Assembly (NCBI GenBank): GCA_964460545.1
Contig: CAYWUT010000001.1
Span: 21,320-85,319 of the forward strand
DNA from: an uncultured Spirochaetota bacterium
GTDB taxonomy: Bacteria; Spirochaetota; B62-G9; DRHN01
DNA length: 64,000 nucleotides
Direction: 5' to 3'
Shown here: one piece after another, positions 17,119 to 25,280 of the stretch
Position numbering within the stretch: position 1 is the first letter of the stretch
Layout of the letters: the number at the start of each line of letters is the position of its first letter
The notes under the pieces: model-generated
Seen by the model: only the letters and a program-made list of their open reading frames with translations
The model's database searches: none
What the model was told of the DNA's origin: nothing
Program-made: the position numbers and the translations under genes

Positions 17119-18534
17119 TTATGCATAGGATTTTTCACAGAGAAGCAGCTGGTTATGCTCGGGCTTGTTGAACGCCCTCAGTAGTACGGATTTATCGATC
17201 CGGTGTACGGGCGACCCTTCAAGCACTTTTCCGTATATTCCCATCATCCGGGCCCCGTTTTTCTCCAGCGAATACGCGTCTTCTATTATTGTACTGTTCC
17301 GCTCGATCCGTTCCTCATCGATCATCGTATCTCCGGAAACCGGGAGAAAGGGATTGTATTCCTCAAGACGCTTCCGCGCGGACGGCTCCTTAAGACACCG
17401 GACGATCACCCCGCTCTGCAGGTCCTCGCTCAGCGCACCGAAATCGACCCAGCCGCGCGTTCTTATGGAGTCCAGGTAGCCGTCCTCCTCTTCCCGGCGG
17501 ACCTCCAGGCCGTACCGTTCCGCTTTAAGCCGATGGCACGCGCGCCACTTCATCTCGAAGAGGCTGTAATCGACCATATCGAGGGGAATACGGAGCGCGG
17601 TGTAGAGTTGATCGAAGACGATTCCACGGTCGGTAAAATCCCCGCATACATCCGGAAGCAGCCGCCCGAAGAGCTGTCTTTTCCCTGTCCACGGCTCCAA
17701 AAAGGTGAGGCCGAAACCCTCCTTGATACTCGTGGTGATCACGAAGCGGGACCTGCCGAGTATGACGGACAAGTCCGTATCCGTGCCGAGCCCGAAGAGC
17801 ACCGGAAGGCCGTACCGTGAAACGAAACTCCGCCACTCCTCGTAGCTCTGTACATCGAGCATACCCGTCGGCTCAAGGGTCAGGCCGACCGCATCGCCCT
17901 TTTGTATGAAGAGCGAGAGAAGCACCGCCTCTCCCACGTTCTTTCTCCGTATCGCCCTTACCGGGTAAAGCACGATATCCCTGTTTCCATTCCGGGCCCG
18001 AAGAGGCCTGACCGCGTTCGGAAGGAGATGAAGCCCCTCATCCTTTAAACCCGCTTCCCTCAGTATTTTATAATCACGTGAATTGATAACCGCGTAGTGG
18101 CAATCGGAGGGGTACTCTTCGGCCGTATAGTTGTCGGGCCTGCCGTCTTCCGCGAAATCATGAATCTGGAGCAGGACCCGCTCACCGCGGGAGCGTAAAA
18201 TCCGGACCATACGCACGAACTCTTTATTCTTGCCCAGCGTCGGATTGTGTATGTGCAGTATGTCCGCTCCCTCTTTCCACACCGAGCCGATCGAACGCTG
18301 AACATCATCGGCCATCCGTTCCGGGTCGCATCCTTCCCTCCTGTCACGGTCATACCTGAGAGAGGAAACGACCCTGAAGGGCAAGCGAAGATCCTCGTCG
18401 GACGGAGGAGGGGATTCCCCGGTCAGGATGAGCGGCCTGAATCCGGCAAGGCCGGCGGCGGATGCGATCTGGTCCTCAATTACGCGGGTAACGCCTCCCC
18501 GCCGCATATGGTGATGGATAAACGCTACTTTCAT
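17119..18534 (-). CDS. GT-B glycosyltransferase (GT4-like), second copy in locus
   Basis: 471-aa ORF with a GT-B C-terminal motif (SIKEGFGLTFLEPW). Confidence 0.45.
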   Translation of the reverse strand: MKVAFIHHHMRRGGVTRVIEDQIASAAGLAGFRPLILTGESPPPSDEDLRLPFRVVSSLRYDRDRREGCDPERMADDVQRSIGSVWKEGADILHIHNPTLGKNKEFVRMVRILRSRGERVLLQIHDFAEDGRPDNYTAEEYPSDCHYAVINSRDYKILREAGLKDEGLHLLPNAVRPLRARNGNRDIVLYPVRAIRRKNVGEAVLLSLFIQKGDAVGLTLEPTGMLDVQSYEEWRSFVSRYGLPVLFGLGTDTDLSVILGRSRFVITTSIKEGFGLTFLEPWTGKRQLFGRLLPDVCGDFTDRGIVFDQLYTALRIPLDMVDYSLFEMKWRACHRLKAERYGLEVRREEEDGYLDSIRTRGWVDFGALSEDLQSGVIVRCLKEPSARKRLEEYNPFLPVSGDTMIDEERIERNSTIIEDAYSLEKNGARMMGIYGKVLEGSPVHRIDKSVLLRAFNKPEHNQLLLCEKSYA

Positions 18535-18551
18535 GCTCGGGACGTCCGGTT

Positions 18552-19658
18552 TCAGAGCTCCGTAAAGGGAATGTCGATCCGCTTTCCGCCCGCCATCGCC
18601 GATTCATGGGCTGCTATTCCGGCCATGGTCCAGTTGGCCGCCGTATCCGCATCGATCGCGGATTTTCGCCCTTCCCTGATGGCGCTCAGGAATTCATGAA
18701 CGAGATGGGGATGGGACCCCCCGTGTCCGGACCCCTGTATGAACGAGGTGGATTCCTCGTCGACCACCTCCCCCATGGTAAAGGGGGCTATTTCCTTGGG
18801 AAGTATACCGGCAAAATCAGGTACATCCACCCGCTCCGCATCCTCAAATCCTGAAAAACGTACCATGCCCTCGCCCGCCACCTGCTCCCACTCGTAGGAC
18901 AGCTTTGTCCCGTAAACGTCGAAACTCTCCCTGTACTGTCTGATCGTATCGAAGAGCGACCTCGTTACCTCTATTGTCAGGTTGCTCTCCCTGAGCTTCA
19001 TGGTGGCCGTTTCAACGGCAAAGGGAGAGTTGTACCGGGCGCGGTACTCCTCCCGTATCCTGCCTGAGCCGTGACACACCACATATTCAGCCGCGCCGCC
19101 TGAAAGTTTCAAAAGGGGACTCACCGCATGGGTGGCGTACAGCATGGGCGGATATCCGTACCAGTACTCGGGCCATCCGGGAAGGCTCATGTTCTGCTGA
19201 TGCGAACCGCGCATGAACTGTATCGCGCCGATATTTCCAGAATTATACTGCTCCTGGACGTAGAGAAACTCCCGTGTGTACACGGCTGTTTCCATCATCA
19301 TATACACCCGGCCGGACGCCTTCCGCGCCTCCGCGATACCCATGCACTCATCAGCGGTGAATCCCATGGGTACGGTGCACGCCGTGTGCTTACCCGCTTT
19401 GAGTGAAGCGATTGACATGGGGGCATGGTCGGCAATACCCGTTACGATGTGAATTGCGTCGATTTCCTCCACCTCGAGGAGATCCTCGAAACGGGTGAAC
19501 CGCCGTTCCACGCCCAGCTGGTCGCCTATCTCGTCGAGATGCTTCCTGTTGCGCCGGCATATGGCATAGCATTCGGAATACGGATGCTTCTGGTAAATAG
19601 GTACGAACTCGGCTCCGAATCCGAGACCGACCACCCCGACCCTTATTTTATCCGCCAT
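18552..19658 (-). CDS. Gfo/Idh/MocA family NAD(P)-dependent oxidoreductase
   Basis: N-terminal Rossmann fold IRVGVVGLGFGAEFVP and the typical family length of 368 aa. Confidence 0.6.
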   Translation of the reverse strand: MADKIRVGVVGLGFGAEFVPIYQKHPYSECYAICRRNRKHLDEIGDQLGVERRFTRFEDLLEVEEIDAIHIVTGIADHAPMSIASLKAGKHTACTVPMGFTADECMGIAEARKASGRVYMMMETAVYTREFLYVQEQYNSGNIGAIQFMRGSHQQNMSLPGWPEYWYGYPPMLYATHAVSPLLKLSGGAAEYVVCHGSGRIREEYRARYNSPFAVETATMKLRESNLTIEVTRSLFDTIRQYRESFDVYGTKLSYEWEQVAGEGMVRFSGFEDAERVDVPDFAGILPKEIAPFTMGEVVDEESTSFIQGSGHGGSHPHLVHEFLSAIREGRKSAIDADTAANWTMAGIAAHESAMAGGKRIDIPFTEL

Positions 19659-19834
19659 GGTTCCTCCTCCTCTTTACCTTTCTCACGGGGTACAAACTCC
19701 CCCTGGAAAGGAACGTCATCCGTATTACAATACTACCACGACACTGTTTATTACACCACCACTCAAATACCGGAAGGGTAAATCGTCCGAAGCCGTTTAA
19801 AAAGAATGGAACCGGTGGAATCCAGGGGTGGAAA

Positions 19835-20638
19835 TCAGGCTACGCCGTTTTCTTCGGGATCTTCCAGCACCTTCTTGAGGTCCTGAAGAAACCGCGCGCC
19901 CGTTGCGCCGTCCACCGCCTTGTGGTCGCATGAGACCGTCATTTTCATGCGATAACCCGCCTGGATGGAGCCGTCCTTCACGACCGGGACTTCCTTGATC
20001 GCACCCACGGCGAGTATGAGGGCCTGCGGGGGATTCACAATCGCGGCAAAGTGCTCTATTCCGAACATGCCGAGGTTTGAAACGGTAAAGGTCCCGCCCA
20101 TCCCCTCTCGCGGCCTGAGCTTCATGTTTCGAGCCTTCTCGATGAGAATGAGCGATTCCTCCTGCAGCTGCTCGAGGTTCTTCGACTCGCAGTTCCTCAC
20201 CGTGGGAACGAGCAGGCCGCCTTCGACCGCCACGGCAATACCTATATTAATCTCTTCAAAATAGAGCATTTTTCCATCGTCATACGATGCGTTGCACTCC
20301 GGATGGTTCTGCAGTGTAACGGCGCATGCCTTGACAATGATGTCGTTGAAGCTGAACGTGCGCTCACGCCCCTCATTCAGCTTCTTCCTGTACTGCATGG
20401 CCCGCTCCATCTCGACTTCAATGGTCATATAGATATGGGGGTTCTCGAGCTTGCTCTGCACCATTCTCTTTGCAATGACCTTCCTCAGCGACGAAGCCGC
20501 TTCTTCCCTGTACTGTACGTCACTCATACTCACTGTCCTCCGAGTATCCATGGCATTTCGGAAATAATACCCCGCGGGCTCTTTAAAAGTAAAGAACCTT
20601 TTGCTCCGCCGGGAACGCCGAACCGCCGTGATAGACAT
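19835..20638 (-). CDS. 2-oxoacid dehydrogenase acyltransferase (E2) catalytic-domain protein, no lipoyl domain
   Basis: Catalytic motif SCDHKAVDGATGARFL (DHRxxDG). No lipoyl or E1/E3-binding domains. The true start may be the internal MSDVQY (~20530). Confidence 0.55.
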   Translation of the reverse strand: MSITAVRRSRRSKRFFTFKEPAGYYFRNAMDTRRTVSMSDVQYREEAASSLRKVIAKRMVQSKLENPHIYMTIEVEMERAMQYRKKLNEGRERTFSFNDIIVKACAVTLQNHPECNASYDDGKMLYFEEINIGIAVAVEGGLLVPTVRNCESKNLEQLQEESLILIEKARNMKLRPREGMGGTFTVSNLGMFGIEHFAAIVNPPQALILAVGAIKEVPVVKDGSIQAGYRMKMTVSCDHKAVDGATGARFLQDLKKVLEDPEENGVA

Positions 20639-20913
20639 AGAAAACTATTGCAAAATCCCAACGGCCGTGACACTATACGGGTTGTAAGGCCCCGTGCATG
20701 GGGCCGCACCGCGGGAGAACCGTGTGGTATAGAACTTTGAATTTAAGGGTATTCATGGTATATTTAATGTACATAGAATCGGTGTGATCACGGAAACTCC
20801 CGAAGGGACGAAGGGACGAAGGGAGACCGGAACACAGTGATTATCAAAAATATGCGTGTCATAATTATAAATCGACATCGGTATAAGCGGCATGTTTACA
20901 GGTCAAGTAACGG

Positions 20914-21705
20914 ATGACGAAAAGCGAGTTTCAGAAAAAGGTCATAGAGCTCCTCAAGAAATATCGTATCAACAGGAGGATGAAGGAGAGTATTTTCCCC
21001 CTCTTCTCACTGGCCGATAATCTATCTCAGGAGGAGATGGTCAACGTCTACAACCTCCTCAAAGAGGCGATTGTAGCCCAGAAGGAGGCGGAAAAACTCT
21101 CCACGAGGCTGAATGCGCTTTTCCTTGATTTCAACACCACGATCAAGGACGTTTCGGACGACCTGAGTGATATCAGGAAGAAGCTTAATGATCTGCGCGA
21201 ATCGGAAGCTCAGACGGGGGCCAGACCGGCGGGGAGAGAAATACGGATTAAACACGGAAATACGATGAAATTCAACAAACAGTCGTTTCCAGGAGAGAAA
21301 CCGAATTTCGGTCTCAAGCTGAACAAGCTTTTCGCCGCCTTTATAACCGAATACGGCCCGGACCATATAACGCTCGTAGTCAGCGACTCGATTCTCTATA
21401 CCAACAATCTCATCCTGAGGATCTCACTCCGGACAAAAGAGGTACTCATCGGTTCCAGCAAATCCATGAAGCTCTACGAATCCTCGAACGGAGAAAGCTT
21501 CCTCGTCACCGACAAGCCCGAGGTCATTCCCCGGGGAAGCAGAAAGGGATTTTACTTCAAGAACATCACCTACGAGGATATCCTGAATCTTACCAACGGG
21601 GATTTCTTCAAGGTATTCGACGAGAACATACTCAAGACGTACCGTGAGTATGAAACCGACCTTCCGAGCGAGCTGGAACAGGTGGGCTACTTCGAATTCG
21701 AGTAA
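20914..21705 (+). CDS. hypothetical protein (lower-GC region)
   Basis: 263-aa ORF lying in an AT-richer stretch with no antisense competitor. No recognisable motif. Confidence 0.4.
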   Translation: MTKSEFQKKVIELLKKYRINRRMKESIFPLFSLADNLSQEEMVNVYNLLKEAIVAQKEAEKLSTRLNALFLDFNTTIKDVSDDLSDIRKKLNDLRESEAQTGARPAGREIRIKHGNTMKFNKQSFPGEKPNFGLKLNKLFAAFITEYGPDHITLVVSDSILYTNNLILRISLRTKEVLIGSSKSMKLYESSNGESFLVTDKPEVIPRGSRKGFYFKNITYEDILNLTNGDFFKVFDENILKTYREYETDLPSELEQVGYFEFE

Positions 21706-21796
21706 TATCCATCCCGGCATTCGCTCTCAACATCATTAACGAGATATAAATCGAAGCCGTTGAGCGGTGCACCCCTCCATAATCGTATAATCCGCC

Positions 21797-22369
21797 TTAA
21801 TCCGGAGCGGAGAAACGTCCGCCCGCCTCACGCGCCCTCCGCATGAGATCTGCGCTGTTCCGCGCATCACCCGGCCCCTCGATGCCGCTCTCCACCACCT
21901 CCCCGGCATGCGATAGTCCGCAGGTAGCGTAAAAGGCCCTGACCACCGCGATGTTGCACCTGAAGATGCGGTCCGTCCCCTTGAATCCGCCGACCGAGAG
22001 CAGGAATCCCTTCCGTTCGATCCCCTCCCGCTCGGGTTTGATTCCGAGCACATATTTTCTTATCCAGAGCGCCTGTCCCCTGTCGATGAAGCCCTTTGTA
22101 AGGGCGGGCGGGCCGAGAAAATAGACGGGAAAGCTCATAACGACCCGTTCATATTCGATAAGCTTATCGTAAAGTAACTGCATATCATCCCTGACCACGC
22201 ACATGCCCGTTTTCGAGCACCCGGCACACTCCGAACAGGGGGCTATGTGAAGATCGCGGAGATAAATCCTCTCGATCCCGCAGTCCCGCGTGCCTTCCAG
22301 AAATCCATCGAGCAGGTCGTCACTGTTGCCGCCCTTTCTCGGACTTCCGTACAGCGCCAGAAGCTTCAT
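21797..22369 (-). CDS. NADPH-dependent FMN reductase / iron-sulfur flavoprotein-like
   Basis: Flavodoxin-like start MKLLALYGSPRKGGNSD and a CSECAGC cysteine cluster. Confidence 0.55.
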   Translation of the reverse strand: MKLLALYGSPRKGGNSDDLLDGFLEGTRDCGIERIYLRDLHIAPCSECAGCSKTGMCVVRDDMQLLYDKLIEYERVVMSFPVYFLGPPALTKGFIDRGQALWIRKYVLGIKPEREGIERKGFLLSVGGFKGTDRIFRCNIAVVRAFYATCGLSHAGEVVESGIEGPGDARNSADLMRRAREAGGRFSAPD

Positions 22370-22415
22370 CCGGCTTTCGCTCCTCGTCATCGTCCTGTAA
22401 AATCGATACACGGTA

Positions 22416-23012
22416 TCATGAAAGCGGTCTGCGTCCGTCGATCGCCTTGGAGAGGGTGACCGCATCCGCATATTCGAGGTCCCCGCCGACCGGAAGGCCG
22501 CTCGCTATCCTCGTAACCAAGACGCCGAGCGGTCCCAGGAGCCGCGCGAGGTAAAGGGCCGTGGCATCGCCCTCCACGTTCGGGTCCGTGGCGATGATGA
22601 TCTCCTCCACCTCGTCCGTAACCCTCGAGAGCAGCTCGCGAATACGGAGCTTGTCGGGTCCTATTCCGTCGAGCGGTGAAAGCGACCCCATGAGAACGTG
22701 GTAGAGCCCGGAATAGGTCCCGGTTTTTTCAATGGCCCACACATCCTTGGGCTCCTCGACGACGCATATGGTCTTTCCGTTTCTGCCGGGATTGGAACAG
22801 ATCGCGCAGGGGTCCTCTTCCGTCAGGTTCCCGCACACCGAACAGAACGCCACGCGCTCCTTGACCTCCCGTATTGCACGGGCCAGTTCGTCCGCGAAAG
22901 AGCCGTTCTCCTTCACTATGAAATAGGCGAGACGTTCCGCGGTCTTGCGGCCGATACCGGGAAGCCTGGAGAGTTCGCCTATCAGCCGGTTTATTGCATT
23001 CTTCTGCTGCAC
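22416..23012 (-). CDS. recR: recombination protein RecR
   Basis: HhH motif LPGIGRKTAERLAYF, C4 zinc finger CSVCGNL..CAIC, and a Toprim domain. 198 aa. Confidence 0.9.
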   Translation of the reverse strand: MQQKNAINRLIGELSRLPGIGRKTAERLAYFIVKENGSFADELARAIREVKERVAFCSVCGNLTEEDPCAICSNPGRNGKTICVVEEPKDVWAIEKTGTYSGLYHVLMGSLSPLDGIGPDKLRIRELLSRVTDEVEEIIIATDPNVEGDATALYLARLLGPLGVLVTRIASGLPVGGDLEYADAVTLSKAIDGRRPLS

Positions 23013-23333
23013 TTAAAAGGGCACCTCTAATCCCGGGATATTCAAACCGCCCGTGACCCTGGCCATTTCAGCCTTTATGACTTCGTCTATCCGGTGCATC
23101 GCATCGGTCACAGCTGCCACCACGAGGTCCTCGAGCATCTCGATCTCCTCCTTGTTCACGACCTCAGCCGCGATACTGAGACCGATGAGCTCGTGTTTTC
23201 CGTTCACCGTGGCTTTCACCATGTCGCCGCCCGAACTGCCTGTCGCCGTCTTGTCGACGAGCCCTTCCTGTATCTTCTTGATCTTCTCCTGCAGCTGCTG
23301 AGCCTGCTTGAGGAAGTTCATATTCATTGCCAT
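23013..23333 (-). CDS. ybaB: nucleoid-associated protein YbaB/EbfC
   Basis: 106 aa. Begins MNMNFLKQAQQLQEKIKKIQEGL, and sits in the conserved position between dnaX and recR. Confidence 0.85.
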   Translation of the reverse strand: MAMNMNFLKQAQQLQEKIKKIQEGLVDKTATGSSGGDMVKATVNGKHELIGLSIAAEVVNKEEIEMLEDLVVAAVTDAMHRIDEVIKAEMARVTGGLNIPGLEVPF

Positions 23334-24886
23334 TATTTACCTCCGGAATTGTTGTTCGAAATTATATCTCCCTTGAATATTTCAACCACCTTCGCCGTAT
23401 CTTCTGAAAGATCCCCGCCGGCCTCTTTTACCTCCTCATCAATGGAGACCACCAGGCGCAACTCCCTGTTCAATAATTTCCGCATCTCATCCTCTATGAA
23501 CCGGCGCGTTCCGCGTTCGCTCACACGGTCGTAGCACATCCTCTCTTTCTGTTCATACCGAACGTTCAGGCTGTCCCCGTTCATAGCGCAGCTCTTCGCC
23601 TGTATGAGACACTCGGCTATGGCCCTCCGTTTCCCGGTGAGGTGCTCGATTATTCTCCCGGTTTCATCGGCTGCCGCATCTCCCGGTTCTGGGCCCCGTG
23701 CAGGGCTCCCTGCAGGGTCCCGTGCCGAATTCCCCGTTCCCCCGAGCTTCTTTCCCAGTTCCTCCATTCTTCTGACGAGCGTTGACGGATGGACGGCATC
23801 CCTGAAATGCGCGCACTTGATGAGCGTAACCTCGAAGAGTTCGTAGGCGAGCCCGCAATTCCTCGTATCCGTGTATGCCCGTGACAAAAGCACCAGTATG
23901 TTTCTGATATCCGTACTGGTAAACCGCGGAAGCAGGCCGGAGAGTTCCGTCCTGTCGTCTGGAGGAAGATCGATAAGCCCCTCGGCATCCGAGTCGACCG
24001 AGAGTACGTAGAGGTCGCGGAAGTACTCTATCAGGCCGCTTATAACGACCGGGACCTCGGTACCGTCGCGCACGAGCGCGTCGAACAGGGAGAGGCAGGA
24101 CTTCGTGTCTTCATCCGCGATCGCCCGGGCGAAATGATGAAAGGACTGGTAGGCGGGCCTTCCCTGGACAAAGAAAACGTCCTCCTCCTTTATAGTCCCT
24201 TCCGCGTAGGACGCCATCTGATCGAGTATGGATTCGGCGTCCCGCATCGACCCCTGGGCGTATCGCGCCATCCAGAAGAGGGCCCGTGCGTCGGCCTTCA
24301 CTCCTATATCTTTCGCGATTCTCTCGAGCATGTCGATGATGAGGGGAATGGGAATGCGTTTGAAGATGAACTGCTGACAGCGTGAACGGATGGTCTGCGG
24401 CACCTTGTTGATCTCAGTTGTGGCAAAGAGGAAAACGACGTGATCGGGCGGTTCCTCGAGCGTTTTTAATAGGGCGTTAAAGGCCTCATGGGTGAGCATG
24501 TGCACCTCGTCGATGATGTAGATCTTGTATCTCGACGAGGAGGGAACAAAGCGTACATTCTCGCGGATCTGTCTGACCTCATCAATACGCCGGTTCGAGG
24601 CGCCGTCAATTTCGACGAGATCGAGCGCGGTGCCCTCCTGTATCTCGCGGCAGAAGGTACACGCTCCGCACGGTGCGGGCGTGGGACCGTGCTCGCAGTT
24701 GAGGGCCTTTGCGAATATCCGTGCCGCGGAGGTCTTGCCGATGCCTCTGGGTCCCGCGAAGAGATAGGCGTGGCCGACCCTTTCCTTTGTAATCGCGTTC
24801 TTCAGGGTATTCGCGATATGCTCCTGCCCGACGAGCTCGTCAAAGGTCTGCGGTCGGTATTTTCGGGCTGATACTATGTAGGACAT
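23333..24886 (-). CDS. dnaX: DNA polymerase III subunit gamma/tau
   Basis: N-terminus MSYIVSARKYRPQTFDELVGQEHI, Walker A GPRGIGKTS, and zinc module CEHGPTPAPCGACTFC. Confidence 0.9.
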   Translation of the reverse strand: MSYIVSARKYRPQTFDELVGQEHIANTLKNAITKERVGHAYLFAGPRGIGKTSAARIFAKALNCEHGPTPAPCGACTFCREIQEGTALDLVEIDGASNRRIDEVRQIRENVRFVPSSSRYKIYIIDEVHMLTHEAFNALLKTLEEPPDHVVFLFATTEINKVPQTIRSRCQQFIFKRIPIPLIIDMLERIAKDIGVKADARALFWMARYAQGSMRDAESILDQMASYAEGTIKEEDVFFVQGRPAYQSFHHFARAIADEDTKSCLSLFDALVRDGTEVPVVISGLIEYFRDLYVLSVDSDAEGLIDLPPDDRTELSGLLPRFTSTDIRNILVLLSRAYTDTRNCGLAYELFEVTLIKCAHFRDAVHPSTLVRRMEELGKKLGGTGNSARDPAGSPARGPEPGDAAADETGRIIEHLTGKRRAIAECLIQAKSCAMNGDSLNVRYEQKERMCYDRVSERGTRRFIEDEMRKLLNRELRLVVSIDEEVKEAGGDLSEDTAKVVEIFKGDIISNNNSGGK

Positions 24887-24940
24887 GGTCTACTCGGGGA
24901 TATTAAACCGCCTTCCGCCAAACGATAGAACCTATATCTC

Positions 24941-25063
24941 GGCGCCCGCTCCAACCGAGTATCCGCATTCACAAACACAGATCGCTTACCGTTGCTCCCT
25001 TCCGGTCCTGGCGGGGTTGGGCGTCGGTGTTTTGAACCGTACCCGGTTATCATCACGGGCACC
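24941..25063 (-). ncRNA. ffs: signal recognition particle RNA (4.5S/ffs, small bacterial type)
   Basis: The reverse strand contains the domain IV core CCAGGACCGGAAGGGAGCAACGGUAAG (compare E. coli GGUCCGGAAGGAAGCAGCCAAGG). Terminal helix GGUGCCCG / CGGGCGCC. Located immediately upstream of dnaX, the conserved position. Confidence 0.6.
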
Positions 25064-25089
25064 GAGGTACAGGCCTCAGGAACATGGTA

Positions 25090-25177
25090 CGGAGAGAGTG
25101 GGATTCGAACCCACGGTACCCGGTTAAGGTACACACGCTTTCCAAGCGTGCTCCTTCGGCCTCTCGGACATCTCTCC
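25090..25177 (-). tRNA. tRNA-Ser (anticodon GGA)
   Basis: Reverse strand reads GGAGAGATGTCCGAGAGGCCGAAGGAGCACGCTTGGAAAGCGTG...GGTTCGAATCCCACTCTCTCCG. Anticodon loop TTGGAAA, long variable arm, T-loop GGTTCGAATCC. CCA not encoded. Confidence 0.8.
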
Positions 25178-25280
25178 AGGTGAAATGATCACGGGAGAAA
25201 TCTTAAGTAACAGGGCGAGCTTTGAAACTCGACCCCGGCATTCGCTTTAATATATCATGGGGCAGGTGAAAAAACAACGG

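Noticed and set aside
24874-25183. Three small ORFs across the dnaX upstream region
   Set aside because: The region is better explained by an SRP RNA and tRNA-Ser with clear structural signatures.
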